Part shown: one piece after another, positions 8,369 to 18,917 of the stretch
Layout of the letters: each line of letters opens with the position of its first letter
Position numbering within the stretch: position 1 is the stretch's first letter
Assembly: GCA_915070155.1 (NCBI GenBank)
Contig: CAJZFK010000001.1
Span: 1 to 34,625, forward strand
Length of the DNA stretch: 34,625 nucleotides
Source of the DNA: an uncultured Candidatus Saccharibacteria bacterium
GTDB lineage: Bacteria; Patescibacteriota; Saccharimonadia; Saccharimonadales; Saccharimonadaceae
Direction: 5' to 3'
Notes under the pieces: model-generated
The model's input: the letters and a program-made list of their open reading frames with translations, nothing else
Database searches by the model: none
Told to the model about the DNA's origin: nothing
Translations under genes and position numbers: made by a program

Positions 8369-8395
8369 TTAGCACTCTTGACATGAGAGTGCTAA
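8369..8395 (+). promoter_or_regulatory. CIRCE operator 1 upstream of dnaK, overlapping -35
   Basis: Perfect TTAGCACTC-N9-GAGTGCTAA. TTGACA (8378-8383) lies in the spacer, 17 bp from TATACT (8401-8406). Confidence 0.95.
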
Positions 8396-8413
8396 TTATT
8401 TATACTGGGATAG

Positions 8414-8440
8414 TTGGCACTCACCACGAAAGAGTGCTAG
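8414..8440 (+). promoter_or_regulatory. CIRCE operator 2 upstream of dnaK
   Basis: TTGGCACTC-accacgaaa-GAGTGCTAG just downstream of the -10 box. Confidence 0.9.
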
Positions 8441-8491
8441 AATGAATATAAGATATAGACCAGATGTGATCATAATAGAAAGGGGAATCAT

Positions 8492-10381
8492 ATGGGTAAA
8501 ATTATTGGTATTGACCTCGGTACAACCAACAGCGCATTTGCGTATATGTTAGCTGGAAAACCAGAGGTAATTTCTAATGCCGAAGGTAATCGCACTACGC
8601 CATCTGTGGTTGCGGTTAATAAAAAGGGCGAACGACTTGTTGGTCAAGTTGCTCAGCGTCAGCGTGTAACAAACCCAAAAAACACGATTTACGGCGTTAA
8701 GCGTTTGATTGGTCGTAAGTTTGACGATAAGGAAGTTCAAAAAGACTTGGACATCATGCCGTACGAGATTGTTAAAAAAGGTACTGGCGTGGCGGTCGAA
8801 ATGGGTGATAAGGAATACACGCCAGAAGAAGTTTCAGCAATGATTCTTAGTAAAATCAAGGCTGACGCCGAAGCTTTCTTGGGTGAAAAGGTGACAGAGG
8901 CAGTGATTACGGTGCCAGCTTACTTTGACGATTCACAACGTCAAGCGACTAAGGACGCCGGTAAAATTGCTGGATTAGAAGTTAAGCGTATTATCAATGA
9001 ACCAACAGCTGCGGCTTTGGCGTACGGTCTGGAGAAGGGCAAAAACGACGAAACCATCGTGGTGTTCGACCTTGGTGGCGGTACGTTTGACGTGTCGGTG
9101 TTGGAATTAGGTGATGGCGTGTTTGAGGTTAAGGCAACCAACGGTGATACACACCTTGGCGGTGAAGATTTCGACAACGCTATTGTCAACTACTTCTTGG
9201 ATGACTTCAAGTCGAAGGAGGGAATTGATCTTCGTAAAGATAATGCGGCGATGCAACGCCTAAAGGACGAGGCTGAGAAGGCGAAGAAAGAATTATCAAC
9301 GGTTACGGAGTATGAAGTCAACATTCCATTTATTACCGCTGATGCCGATGGTCCAAAGCACTTTGAGATGAGCTTGAGTCGTGCCAAGTTGGAGGATTTA
9401 GTTAAGGATCTATTGGATCGCTTGGATGGTCCAGTAGAAAAGGCTTTGAAGGATGCCAAACTTTCTAAGTCCGACATTAACAATGTAGTTATGGTTGGTG
9501 GAATGACTCGTATGCCAGCTGTGGTCGAGCGTGTAAAGAATTTCTTTGGAAAAGATCCGATGCAAGGCGTGAACCCAGATGAGGTTGTGGCTGTTGGTGC
9601 CGCAATTCAAGGTGGCGTCTTGGCTGGTGACGTTAAGGACGTGTTGCTTCTGGATGTGACTCCGCTTTCTCTTGGAATTGAGACGATGGGCGGTGTATCG
9701 ACGAAGTTGATTGATCGAAACACTACAATTCCAACAAGCAAGAGTGAAGTTTTCTCAACTGCTGCAGATAATCAGCCTCAGGTGGAAATTCACGTTCTTC
9801 AGGGTGAGCGCGAGTTTGCTAATGACAATAAGAGTTTGGGTCGTTTTGTGCTTGACGGTATTGCGCCAGCACCGCGCGGTGTGCCTCAAATTGAAGTGAC
9901 CTTTAACATTGACGCCAATGGTATTCTTAACGTTACAGCCAAAGATAAAGGAACGGGCAAAGAGCAATCAATCACTATCCAAAACTCTGGCAATATGAGT
10001 AAGGAAGATATTGAGAAGGCACAAAAAGAAGCCGAACTTCACGCGGACGAAGACAAGAAAAAGCGCGAAACTGTCGATACGAAGAATCAGCTTGAAAACG
10101 CTATTTATCAGGCAAAGAAAATGCCGGATGAATTCAAGGATAAGATTTCTGACGATGATAAGCAAGCGATTGAAAAGGCTGTCGAAGAGGCTGAAAAGCA
10201 CAAAGATTCTGAAGATAAGGACGAATTGGACGCTGCAATTAAAGCCTTGAACGACGCGATTATGCCAATTGGGGCTAAGATGTATCAACAATCAGCCGAC
10301 GATAAAAAAGCTGACGAGACTGGCGACAAAAAGTCTGATAAAGACGAGCCGGTCGAAGGTGAAATTGTCGACGAAAAATAA
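8492..10381 (+). CDS. dnaK: Chaperone DnaK (Hsp70)
   Basis: [55 protein letters not shown]. Confidence 0.99.
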   Translation: MGKIIGIDLGTTNSAFAYMLAGKPEVISNAEGNRTTPSVVAVNKKGERLVGQVAQRQRVTNPKNTIYGVKRLIGRKFDDKEVQKDLDIMPYEIVKKGTGVAVEMGDKEYTPEEVSAMILSKIKADAEAFLGEKVTEAVITVPAYFDDSQRQATKDAGKIAGLEVKRIINEPTAAALAYGLEKGKNDETIVVFDLGGGTFDVSVLELGDGVFEVKATNGDTHLGGEDFDNAIVNYFLDDFKSKEGIDLRKDNAAMQRLKDEAEKAKKELSTVTEYEVNIPFITADADGPKHFEMSLSRAKLEDLVKDLLDRLDGPVEKALKDAKLSKSDINNVVMVGGMTRMPAVVERVKNFFGKDPMQGVNPDEVVAVGAAIQGGVLAGDVKDVLLLDVTPLSLGIETMGGVSTKLIDRNTTIPTSKSEVFSTAADNQPQVEIHVLQGEREFANDNKSLGRFVLDGIAPAPRGVPQIEVTFNIDANGILNVTAKDKGTGKEQSITIQNSGNMSKEDIEKAQKEAELHADEDKKKRETVDTKNQLENAIYQAKKMPDEFKDKISDDDKQAIEKAVEEAEKHKDSEDKDELDAAIKALNDAIMPIGAKMYQQSADDKKADETGDKKSDKDEPVEGEIVDEK

Positions 10382-10400
10382 ACCTAACGTATTTACAAAG

Positions 10401-10432
10401 AAGGCTGCTCGATAAAAAGAGTGGCCTTTTTT
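10401..10432 (+). terminator. Intrinsic terminator after dnaK
   Basis: aaggctgctc / gagtggcctt stem (two G-U pairs) running into a T tract. Confidence 0.7.
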
Positions 10433-10436
10433 GGAC

Positions 10437-10463
10437 TTAGCACTCTTGCACTGAGAGTGCTAA
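10437..10463 (+). promoter_or_regulatory. CIRCE operator upstream of dnaJ, overlapping -35
   Basis: Perfect TTAGCACTC-ttgcactga-GAGTGCTAA. TTGCAC (10446-10451) is 17 bp from TATAAT (10469-10474). Confidence 0.95.
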
Positions 10464-10483
10464 ACGCGTATAATATATAAGGT

Positions 10484-11593
10484 ATGAGCAAGCGTGATTA
10501 TTATGAAATATTGGGCGTTCCAAAGACCGCTTCTGAAGATGAGATAAAAAAGGCTTTTCGTAAATTAGCAATTAAATATCATCCTGACAAACAGGGTGGC
10601 GACGAGGCTAAGTTTAAGGAAATTAATGAGGCCTATGAAGTTCTGAAAGACAAGCAGAAGCGACAGCGTTATGATCAATTTGGTCATGCTGGCGTTGGTG
10701 GTGCGTCTGGCGGCGGTTTTTCTGGTAATCCGTTTGAAGGATTTGGTGGATTCGGCGGTCAAAACGTTCACTTTGATTTTGGCGACGGTGGACTAGGTGA
10801 TATTTTTAGTCAATTCTTCGGTGGTGCAGCTGGCGGCACTGGGAATAGTCGTTCGCGTGGGCGTGATGTTGAAACTAGTGTAACACTAAGCTTTGAGGAC
10901 GCAGTATTTGGTGTAGAAAAGAAAATTAGTTTAATGCTGGATGTTGAATGTGAGCATTGCCATGGCGATGGCGCCGAGCCTGGATTTGGGATGAAAACGT
11001 GCCCAACTTGTAAGGGCGCGGGTCAGCAAACTCGAACGATGAATTCGCTGTTTGGGCAAATTCAGCAGGCGGTTGTTTGTGAAACTTGTCACGGTAAGGG
11101 AAAAGTTCCTGAAAAAGAATGTTCAGTTTGTCGAGGAAAAGGCACGACCCGGCAGAATCAGGATATCACTATTAAAATTCCGGCAGGGATTGATGATGGC
11201 GCGACAATTCGTCTGCGTGGTCGTGGCGAAGCAGTTGCTGGTGGCAGTAGAGGTGATTTGTATGTCCACATTCGCGTTAAGGCGCATAAAAAATTCACTC
11301 GTGAAGGCAATATTATTCTTAGCGAAGAACATATTTCTATGGTTGATGCGGCACTGGGAACGGAGATTGATGTGGAAACTGTGGACGGCGTAATAACGAT
11401 GAAAATCCCAGCGGGTACTCAGAGCGGAACCGACTTCAAGTTGTCAGGTCATGGCGTGCCGCACTTACATAGTGAATCTCGTGGTCCGCATATTGTGGGT
11501 GTTATTGTTGATACGCCAACCAAATTGACCAAAAAACAGAAGGAACTTTTGGAGCAATTTAAGGGTACGAAAAAACGAGGACTGTTTTCCTAG
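10484..11593 (+). CDS. dnaJ: Chaperone DnaJ
   Basis: J domain with HPD, G/F-rich linker, four CxxCxGxG zinc-finger repeats. Confidence 0.98.
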   Translation: MSKRDYYEILGVPKTASEDEIKKAFRKLAIKYHPDKQGGDEAKFKEINEAYEVLKDKQKRQRYDQFGHAGVGGASGGGFSGNPFEGFGGFGGQNVHFDFGDGGLGDIFSQFFGGAAGGTGNSRSRGRDVETSVTLSFEDAVFGVEKKISLMLDVECEHCHGDGAEPGFGMKTCPTCKGAGQQTRTMNSLFGQIQQAVVCETCHGKGKVPEKECSVCRGKGTTRQNQDITIKIPAGIDDGATIRLRGRGEAVAGGSRGDLYVHIRVKAHKKFTREGNIILSEEHISMVDAALGTEIDVETVDGVITMKIPAGTQSGTDFKLSGHGVPHLHSESRGPHIVGVIVDTPTKLTKKQKELLEQFKGTKKRGLFS

Positions 11594-11653
11594 TATATTT
11601 GTCGAGAAAAAATCCTGTGTTATACTGAAGCTAACATAAGAGGGATTGAAGGC

Positions 11654-14600
11654 ATGGGATTAATTTTTCTGATAATAGTTATTATTGTAGTAATTAAGCT
11701 AATAAAATTATTACAGAGAGGTAATAGTCAGCCGTCTAATTATTCCGAAGATTATCGTCAGGGATATTGGGATGGCGTGCGTGATGCACAAAATGGATGC
11801 GCCAAAATTGAGAATGACAACGGTCAAGTGAGGCTTATTACCGAGAATCAAAACGCCGCTTCGCGGCTTGCGAATACGCCGTTAAATATCAGTAAAAATG
11901 AGAATCTCGATAATATAATTCCTACTAGTATTTCCACATCTGAAGAGAGAGTAAATACGGTTGCTGCGCCTGTTGAGAATAATATTGAACGAGCATCACA
12001 TATTGATGACAAGGAAAAGGAGAGGGGTCGTAAGACTACAATTAATATAGCGCTATATACGGCATCGCTACTTCTGACTGCGGGAATATTGCTTCTGGCT
12101 CAGACAATTAATCTATCTATCCAACTTAGGTTTGGGTTGGTGTGGCTGTTTATTTTTATTTATTATATTATTGGTCAGATATTGTATGCTCGCTTGCCAA
12201 TATTAAAATCTGCGTCGACAGCGCTTATTGGTACGGCCTTGGCTGCTGTGCCAATTGGCGGCTGGACTATGAATTTACTTTTAGGTATTGACCCCGCATG
12301 GTGCTGGCTTATTACTTCTGTAATTGGTGCTGTTTTGTGTGTTGATGCTACAGTGAGATTGAATAGTCGACCTCTTGCTTATGTATCGCTACTATCGATG
12401 TTTACGATGACGACTAGTTTGCCGGCTGTTGTGCATGCGCAGCTGGTCTGGTATTACGTTGTAATGCTGCTATTTGGATGTTTGATGACTGTGGCTGCGT
12501 ATTTTTCTAGTCGTCTTCCTCGTCAGTTTGTCGAACCGTTAAACGTTGTAAATCCGTTTATCGTGCCGATGACGATGTTTATCGCGCTCAGCTCGTCGGC
12601 ATATATGGGTGCATTAGATATTAGTGTACTGTTATTTGCTAGCGTTGCATATTACTTTACGGTTGCTCTTGTTGAGAAGTCTAAAAAGATGCGTACTTAT
12701 GAATTGACAACAGCTCGCTTATTGTTAATGGTGATGGCTACTAGTTTCGCAATGTATTTATCTGATGATAATCAGTTGGTTGTAAGCGTGATTCTAGGGT
12801 TAGTGGCACTTGGAAATATAATCTGGTCTGCTACGTCAATGCACATTCAGAAACAATACGATAGACATCATGAAATAGTATTGTGGGCTAGTTTTGTTGT
12901 GTCGCTAAGTGCTCTGTTTGGCGTGATCGGCTCTGGAGATTCGCTACGAATGACGGTTGCCTTTACCTTTATTAGTGTTATTTCAGCGATTAGTCTTGCA
13001 ATACTTTTTTTGTTACGTCGTGTCCGCTTCGGTGTTATGGTTGTGATATCTGGGATTCTATTGGTGCCGATTGGTATAACACTATTCAATATCGATATAG
13101 CTATAGCACCACGCGTACAGTATCTAATTTTTCTATTCATGACGCCACTGCCAGTTATTTGCCGATTGCTAATTTTGAAGCGTCCGAATATTAGTAAAAG
13201 TCAGGCTGCTTTAGTATATGGCGCTGCGTCAACTTGGCTATTAATGGCGATGTTTACTTCAGCGATGATAGCCACTTATGCGACAGAGGAAGCCCTGATG
13301 TGCTTATCGGGCGCGATAGCTATCGGCGCTGGCATTATGAGTGTGGCTGTATGGCGCGAAAAAGTTTATGAGTTTGTAGTTGGAGTACATACTTCTTTAA
13401 TGTTGTCGGTATTTTTGCTAGCTTTAGGTTTTGCGATGTCTAGTGAAAACATATCTATTCTAATGGCGTGGATAAATGTGTCGTCGCTATTAATAGTAGA
13501 ATGGCTTTATCATCGTCATGACAATGCAGCTATCAAAAGTCGTGAGTTGTTTCTATATTCTATTATTGGCGTAGCTATCGTTGTTGTGTTGTCGTCAATT
13601 CATCCGATAGTTTGGTTGCCGCTAGTGGTGTCACTATACTATGCGTTTTACCGATGTTGTAGAGAGGCTTATTTGGGTGGGGCATATCTTACGACAATCA
13701 TCTTTGTTTTATTATCCCTGCATTGGTTGAATATACCGTTTAATGACAATCTTGCAATTGCTGCATGGGTGAGTCTAGTTGGTTTTGGGTCTTTGTACTG
13801 GCTGTTGCGAATGAATAGGCAATCGTCAATTATTAGTGATATGACGCTATGTGCTGCTGTAGTTCCAGCGATAGTGCTTCCGGCAATTAATCTACTGGCA
13901 ACATATGATTTGTCGTTCAAGGTATTGGGATGGCTGGCAGCCGTAGTAGCTCTTTATATGGCGGTACTTGCTAAACGAGATTGGCGAATAATGACAATAG
14001 CTGCACACCCGAGTTTAGTGTTGTTGCTTTACCTTATAGCTCAATGGTTTGCTATTCCACTCGAATTCATGTCAGTCGTTGCCCTGGTTGTTTTTGCGGT
14101 GTTTTACGGCTTGGCTATTGCTGCGCGAATCAGAAAGATGTCGAGTCGTTGGTATTACTCTTCATTCTATAGTGCCATCGGCTGGTCAGTAGTCTTATTG
14201 TCTATTGCTACACCAGTTAGCGCTACTGTGGTGTCAGTGATTCTGGCGGCGCTAGTGTGGATAATTAATGGTATCGCCTTGATGTTCGAAGGTGTCCCCA
14301 AAAAGAGTATTTTGCATTTTGATTCAGGCGTGCTCCTGATTTTGTACGGCGTTTTATTTACTATTAAAAACCTAGCCTTACCAGTTCACGCCATCACAAT
14401 ACCATATTTGTGGTCAGCGGCAATTCTTTCGGGAGCGGTGATGTCGTGGTGTTGGTTGGGGTATGTTCATAAGTCTACGACAGTGCACCTAGTGCTGGCT
14501 TTTTCTGCGCTTAGTTTGCCGACTCTCGTCTTGGCGTTCGCAGGAGATAGTGTTATGGAAATATTATTCCTAATAGAGCATTCATTGATGGTTGTTGTGG

Positions 14601-14788
14601 GGCTGGCGCTTAACAAACGACTGATTACGACCTGGGGTGCTGTATGTGTGACATTAGCTTTGATATATCTATTGTCGGGATACACTTATGTATTAGCTAT
14701 TTTGGCTGGTATATCTATCATTGTAGCGGTGACAATTGTGGTAGCGAGAGCTCAAAGAAGCAAAAGGCAAGATGTTGCAAAAAGATAG
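11654..14788 (+). CDS. Large polytopic membrane protein of unknown function (1044 aa)
   Basis: N-terminal hydrophobic anchor, ~100-aa polar linker, then ~900 aa of near-continuous hydrophobic helices. No catalytic motif recognised. Confidence 0.8.
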   Translation: MGLIFLIIVIIVVIKLIKLLQRGNSQPSNYSEDYRQGYWDGVRDAQNGCAKIENDNGQVRLITENQNAASRLANTPLNISKNENLDNIIPTSISTSEERVNTVAAPVENNIERASHIDDKEKERGRKTTINIALYTASLLLTAGILLLAQTINLSIQLRFGLVWLFIFIYYIIGQILYARLPILKSASTALIGTALAAVPIGGWTMNLLLGIDPAWCWLITSVIGAVLCVDATVRLNSRPLAYVSLLSMFTMTTSLPAVVHAQLVWYYVVMLLFGCLMTVAAYFSSRLPRQFVEPLNVVNPFIVPMTMFIALSSSAYMGALDISVLLFASVAYYFTVALVEKSKKMRTYELTTARLLLMVMATSFAMYLSDDNQLVVSVILGLVALGNIIWSATSMHIQKQYDRHHEIVLWASFVVSLSALFGVIGSGDSLRMTVAFTFISVISAISLAILFLLRRVRFGVMVVISGILLVPIGITLFNIDIAIAPRVQYLIFLFMTPLPVICRLLILKRPNISKSQAALVYGAASTWLLMAMFTSAMIATYATEEALMCLSGAIAIGAGIMSVAVWREKVYEFVVGVHTSLMLSVFLLALGFAMSSENISILMAWINVSSLLIVEWLYHRHDNAAIKSRELFLYSIIGVAIVVVLSSIHPIVWLPLVVSLYYAFYRCCREAYLGGAYLTTIIFVLLSLHWLNIPFNDNLAIAAWVSLVGFGSLYWLLRMNRQSSIISDMTLCAAVVPAIVLPAINLLATYDLSFKVLGWLAAVVALYMAVLAKRDWRIMTIAAHPSLVLLLYLIAQWFAIPLEFMSVVALVVFAVFYGLAIAARIRKMSSRWYYSSFYSAIGWSVVLLSIATPVSATVVSVILAALVWIINGIALMFEGVPKKSILHFDSGVLLILYGVLFTIKNLALPVHAITIPYLWSAAILSGAVMSWCWLGYVHKSTTVHLVLAFSALSLPTLVLAFAGDSVMEILFLIEHSLMVVVGLALNKRLITTWGAVCVTLALIYLLSGYTYVLAILAGISIIVAVTIVVARAQRSKRQDVAKR

Positions 14789-14811
14789 TTTTTATGCCAT
14801 AATATTGACGT

Positions 14812-15318
14812 ATGAAAGAAAAAGCCATTATTGGGTCAACCGAGTTTGTGAACTTCGGTGAGCGAGCACAAAAAGTCCCAGCTAAAATTGATACGGGCGC
14901 TGATTCTAGTGCGGTTTGGGCGAGTAATATTCGCATTGATAAAGATGGAGTGTTGAAATTTTCTCTGTTTGGCGAAGGCTCGCTGTATTATGACGGTAAG
15001 ATATTTAAGAGAACTGATTATTCGGTGGCGAGGGTGCGTAGTTCGTCTGGGCATGAGCAGATTCGTTACCGGACACATTTTTGGGTAAAAATTAGTGGGC
15101 GAAAAATTAAAATGTTGATGAATCTATCTGATCGGTCGAAAAATGAATTTCCGGTGTTAATCGGAAGACGGTCGATTTCTGGAAAATTCCTAGTGGACGT
15201 ATCAAGGAAAAATGTTCGCAGAAAAAAACCGTCCGCAACTGCTAGTCTTAATGAAGAAGTAAAATTGAATCCATACGAATTTTATAAAAAATATCATCAG
15301 AAAGGTGAAGAAAAATAA
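14812..15318 (+). CDS. RimK-associated retropepsin-like protease (RimB-like; 'ATP-dependent Zn protease' family)
   Basis: AKIDTGADSSAV, VRSSSG, LSDRS...PVLIGRR. Stop overlaps the rimK start. Confidence 0.82.
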   Translation: MKEKAIIGSTEFVNFGERAQKVPAKIDTGADSSAVWASNIRIDKDGVLKFSLFGEGSLYYDGKIFKRTDYSVARVRSSSGHEQIRYRTHFWVKISGRKIKMLMNLSDRSKNEFPVLIGRRSISGKFLVDVSRKNVRRKKPSATASLNEEVKLNPYEFYKKYHQKGEEK

Positions 15319-16235
15319 TGCGAATTGCAATCTTATCTAACGGCAACATTAATTATTCGACGCTTCGCCTGAAGGAAGAGGCTGAAAAACGCGGTCATCA
15401 AGTTAAAGTTATTAAGTATAAAAACTGCTACGTTTCAATTGACGAAAAGCACCCGACGGTCATTTACAAAGGTAAGGAAATTGGTGAATTTGACGTGGTG
15501 ATTCCGCGAATTGCGAGCCACATGACAAAGTATGGAACAGCGGTTTTGCGTCAATTAGAAATGATGCATCCGAAGGCGTTTTTTATGAATCGCTCGATTG
15601 CAATTACTAGGGCACGGGATAAATTGCGCTCAACGCAGCTATTAGTTAAAGCGGGAGTGTCGATTCCGAAGACGGTCTTTTCCCGAAACGCGACTGACAT
15701 TGATTCGCTCATTGAAGAGATTGGTGGTATGCCGGCGATTATTAAGTTGGCGCGTGGTACGCACGGAAATGGTGTGGTTCTGGCGGAAACTAAAAAGGCT
15801 GCCAAGTCGGTTCTGCAAGCATTCTATTTGACTAACTCGGACGGCACGAACGTGCTGCTTCAGGAGTTTGTTAGAGAGTCGGCCGGTGTCGATATTCGTG
15901 CGTTTGTGGTTGGTAGTCAAGTGGTGGCTAGTATGAAGCGACAGAGTCTGGATGATGATTTTCGTAGTAATTTACACAAGGGCGGCGAAGGAACCAGCAT
16001 AAAATTGACGGATTCTGAACGTAAAATGTGCGTGAAAGCCGCTAAGGCAATGGGACTAACGGTTGCCGGAGTAGATTTCATGAGATCAAGTCGTGGTGCT
16101 TTGGTGTTGGAAGTTAATGCTAGTCCGGGATTTGGAATTGAGAAAATTACTCGCCGAAATGTGGCTGGAAAGATAATTGAATACATCGATCGAAACGCTA
16201 AGCGTGGCAATAAAAAAGATAAAATCGGCGCTTAA
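15318..16235 (+). CDS. rimK: RimK-family ATP-grasp alpha-L-glutamate ligase
   Basis: YSTLRLKEEA, VVIPRI, ARDKLRSTQLL, GTHGNGVVLAE, DIRAFVVG, FRSNLHKGG, LEVNASPG. Confidence 0.9.
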   Translation: MRIAILSNGNINYSTLRLKEEAEKRGHQVKVIKYKNCYVSIDEKHPTVIYKGKEIGEFDVVIPRIASHMTKYGTAVLRQLEMMHPKAFFMNRSIAITRARDKLRSTQLLVKAGVSIPKTVFSRNATDIDSLIEEIGGMPAIIKLARGTHGNGVVLAETKKAAKSVLQAFYLTNSDGTNVLLQEFVRESAGVDIRAFVVGSQVVASMKRQSLDDDFRSNLHKGGEGTSIKLTDSERKMCVKAAKAMGLTVAGVDFMRSSRGALVLEVNASPGFGIEKITRRNVAGKIIEYIDRNAKRGNKKDKIGA

Positions 16236-16259
16236 GCATAAACTTGTTATAATAGGTTT

Positions 16260-16751
16260 ATGGACGAGCCTCGTCACTCGACAGTAACTCAGACTGTCAT
16301 CAAATGGATATTTATCTGCGGTATGCTGATGGTTATTGGTGGGGCAATTTTTTATGCTTTTCGAACGGTTTCGCCAAAAACGGAAATGATTTACCTGAAT
16401 AAGACGATGCTTCGAGCGGAAATTGCTAATGACGAAGAATCGCAGCGGAAAGGTCTGTCTGGGAGACTGGGAATTGATGAGAATTATGCCATGCTGTTCG
16501 TATTTGACCATAACGATCGTCATAAAATGTGGATGAAAGATATGAAGTTTTCGGTTGATATGATTTGGATCAATGATAAAAAGCGTGTCGTCTATATAAA
16601 GCATAACGTCAAGCCAGACGCTGAGCCGCATGAAAAATATGCGCCACCGGTTCCTGCAAAGTACGTGTTGGAGGTGAAGGCGGGAGTTGCTAAGCGGGCG
16701 AGCGCTACAGTTGGGTCACAGGTAAAATTTGATTTGGAGGAGGATAAATGA
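16260..16751 (+). CDS. DUF192 family protein with N-terminal TM
   Basis: AEIA..RKGLSGR..MLFVF..MWMKDMKFSVDMIWI..AKYVLEVKAG. Confidence 0.88.
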   Translation: MDEPRHSTVTQTVIKWIFICGMLMVIGGAIFYAFRTVSPKTEMIYLNKTMLRAEIANDEESQRKGLSGRLGIDENYAMLFVFDHNDRHKMWMKDMKFSVDMIWINDKKRVVYIKHNVKPDAEPHEKYAPPVPAKYVLEVKAGVAKRASATVGSQVKFDLEEDK

Positions 16752-17227
16752 GCGTAATAATTCTATTTGGAGCAATTTTAGTAACGGTTTTTGCGGTTGC
16801 ATTTGTTTCATCTCGAAGATTCGGTCCATTGGCGTTGGCGTTGGCGACGGGATTTTTACTATCAGAATGGTGGGGTAGCTGGCTGATGGGGGTGCTGGAC
16901 GGCTTGAAATTGGAAACTGGTTTATTGCCAAATGGTGTAATTTCGGGATTAGTCTTAACGTTGGTTCCGTTAATTATGCTCCTTTTAAGCGGACCTAGAT
17001 ATCAGAAAAAACATGAGAGAATTGTCTCGGCGGTGGGAATCGCGTTTTTGACAGCAGCGCTATTGGTGGTTCCTCTGGGAAAATATATATCACTAGACGG
17101 ACAGGCGCTGGAGCTGTATAAGATTTTCGCGAATAATTGGCGATATGTGGCTACGTTTGGTCTGGTGTGCGGTCTAATTGACATTTTTTCACTACATACT
17201 GGCGGGCATAAACTAGCTAAGCATTGA
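16748..17227 (+). CDS. Hypothetical integral membrane protein
   Basis: 159 aa with several hydrophobic helices; ATGA overlap with the upstream gene. Confidence 0.75.
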   Translation: MSVIILFGAILVTVFAVAFVSSRRFGPLALALATGFLLSEWWGSWLMGVLDGLKLETGLLPNGVISGLVLTLVPLIMLLLSGPRYQKKHERIVSAVGIAFLTAALLVVPLGKYISLDGQALELYKIFANNWRYVATFGLVCGLIDIFSLHTGGHKLAKH

Positions 17228-17274
17228 CCTTTATGCTGGTTTGTGCTAGGATGAAGAAAGCGGATATTCCGAAT

Positions 17275-17351
17275 GGGTCCATAGCTCAGCTGGTTAGAGC
17301 ACCTGCCTTTTAAGCAGGGTGTCCCGGGTTCAAGCCCCGGTGGACCCTCCA
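17275..17351 (+). tRNA. tRNA-Lys (anticodon UUU), CCA encoded
   Basis: Acceptor stem gggtcca/tggaccc, D arm gctcagctggttagagc, anticodon arm cctgc-cttttaa-gcagg, T loop ggttcaag, 3' CCA. Confidence 0.97.
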
Positions 17352-17365
17352 AATTTGATGAAATT

Positions 17366-17389
17366 GACTCCCTTGGTGGAGTCTTTTTT
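17366..17389 (+). terminator. Intrinsic terminator after tRNA-Lys
   Basis: gactcc / ggagtc stem followed by T6. Confidence 0.75.
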
Positions 17390-17418
17390 GTAGCTCCAAA
17401 TGTAGATATACTTTAAGT

Positions 17419-18870
17419 ATGAATAGATGGCTATTTGAGAAGTTGCATATTTCTTGGTTGGTGGCGGCGTGGTGTCTCGGTCTGACAATTGGCGTAATTT
17501 CTATTCATTACATACCGCGGTCGTTTGCGGCGAACTCATTATTTTTATTGGTCGGGCTGGCTATTTTCGTAATTGTGGCAATTTGGCGCTGGCGATTTTT
17601 TGTGATTTTAGCAATTATTTCTGGAGTTTTGATTGGTCTTTGGCGCGGTGAAATTGGCAGAAAAGGCGTAGAGGTTTATGATTCGTTAATCGGAAAAGTC
17701 GTAATTATCCAAGGTCAAGTTTTGGAGGATCCTGATCTCGATAAAAATATTCAAACGGTTCTTAGATTGGGCAATTTGCGGATGCATAATGAAAAATTGC
17801 CGGGACAAATTTGGGTGACAACGCCAGATAAAAACTCAATTAAGCGCAGTGATATTGTGAGAGTTAAGGGTAAAATGACGGCGGGATTTGGGGCTTTTTC
17901 AGTAAGCGTATATCGGGCGAAAATTATTAGTGCCGAAAGACCCGTTCCGGGTGATGTGGCGGTGGGAGTTCGTGATTGGTTTGCCGGGCGAGTTCGCACT
18001 CACGTTCCAGAGTCTGAATCTGCGCTAGGGCTGGGATTTTTACTGGGCTTAAGGCGTGCTATGCCGACTGAATTAAGTGACAATTTGAAAATTGCCGGAT
18101 TGACACATATCGTGGTGGCGAGCGGCTATAATTTAACAATTTTAGTTCGTTTAGCGCGACGATTATTTGCCAAGCGGTCAAAATATTTAGCAATGCTCAG
18201 CGCGGCTGTTATGATAATTGGTTTTATGGCGGTGACCGGATTAAGTCCTAGTATGTCGAGGGCTGGCTTGGTGGCGGGACTGAGTTTGGCGGCGTGGTAT
18301 TATGGTCGGACAATTCATCCACTGATTCTACTTCCTGTGTCGGCGGCAATTACGCTATTGATAAATCCGCAATTCGGCTGGGGTGATTTGGGCTGGCAAT
18401 TAAGTTTTGCTTCGTTTGCTGGCGTAATTATGTTGGCGCCACTTTTGCATTCTTACTTTTTTGGCAATAAAGAGCCGGGCGCGTTTCGACAAATTTTAAT
18501 TGAAACTTTGTCGGCGCAAATTATGACATTGCCGCTATTAATGATGAGTTTTGGGGTTATTAGCAATGTGGCGTTAATTGCGAATATGCTGATTTTGCCG
18601 TTTGTACCGCTAGCGATGCTGCTGACGTTTATGTCGGGTGTACTGGTTTTTGTGCCGATGATTGGTGCGTTGATTGCAATTCCGACGACGTGGTTACTTG
18701 GCTATATGATTCAAGTCACCAATTGGACGGCTGGATTTGAATGGGCTCAAATGGAAGTTAGTATTAATTTGTGGCAGTGTGCGGTTTTATATGTGGCGCT
18801 AATTTTGGCAATGATTTGGATGAAAAAGCAAACTAAATTAGACCTCGCTAAGATAAATATTGTGGAGTAG
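17419..18870 (+). CDS. comEC: ComEC/Rec2 DNA uptake channel (no metallo-beta-lactamase domain)
   Basis: AGLTHIVVASGYN, SPSMSRA, DLGWQLSF, ANMLILP competence-domain motifs; 483 aa. Confidence 0.9.
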   Translation: MNRWLFEKLHISWLVAAWCLGLTIGVISIHYIPRSFAANSLFLLVGLAIFVIVAIWRWRFFVILAIISGVLIGLWRGEIGRKGVEVYDSLIGKVVIIQGQVLEDPDLDKNIQTVLRLGNLRMHNEKLPGQIWVTTPDKNSIKRSDIVRVKGKMTAGFGAFSVSVYRAKIISAERPVPGDVAVGVRDWFAGRVRTHVPESESALGLGFLLGLRRAMPTELSDNLKIAGLTHIVVASGYNLTILVRLARRLFAKRSKYLAMLSAAVMIIGFMAVTGLSPSMSRAGLVAGLSLAAWYYGRTIHPLILLPVSAAITLLINPQFGWGDLGWQLSFASFAGVIMLAPLLHSYFFGNKEPGAFRQILIETLSAQIMTLPLLMMSFGVISNVALIANMLILPFVPLAMLLTFMSGVLVFVPMIGALIAIPTTWLLGYMIQVTNWTAGFEWAQMEVSINLWQCAVLYVALILAMIWMKKQTKLDLAKINIVE

Positions 18871-18917
18871 TGTATAATAGTAACAGATTGAAATAGCAAA
18901 TAACTTTAGGAGAAATT

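Noticed and set aside
6967..10463. Recurrent inverted repeats as CRISPR or REP elements
   Set aside because: They match the CIRCE consensus and sit at heat-shock promoters. No spacer array or cas genes are present in the window.
17002..17352. Minus-strand 116-aa ORF
   Set aside because: Antisense shadow of tRNA-Lys and the upstream membrane gene.
17275..17420. tRNA-Lys as an integration site for an island
   Set aside because: No integrase and no duplicated tRNA 3' end were seen; the tRNA is followed directly by a terminator and comEC.
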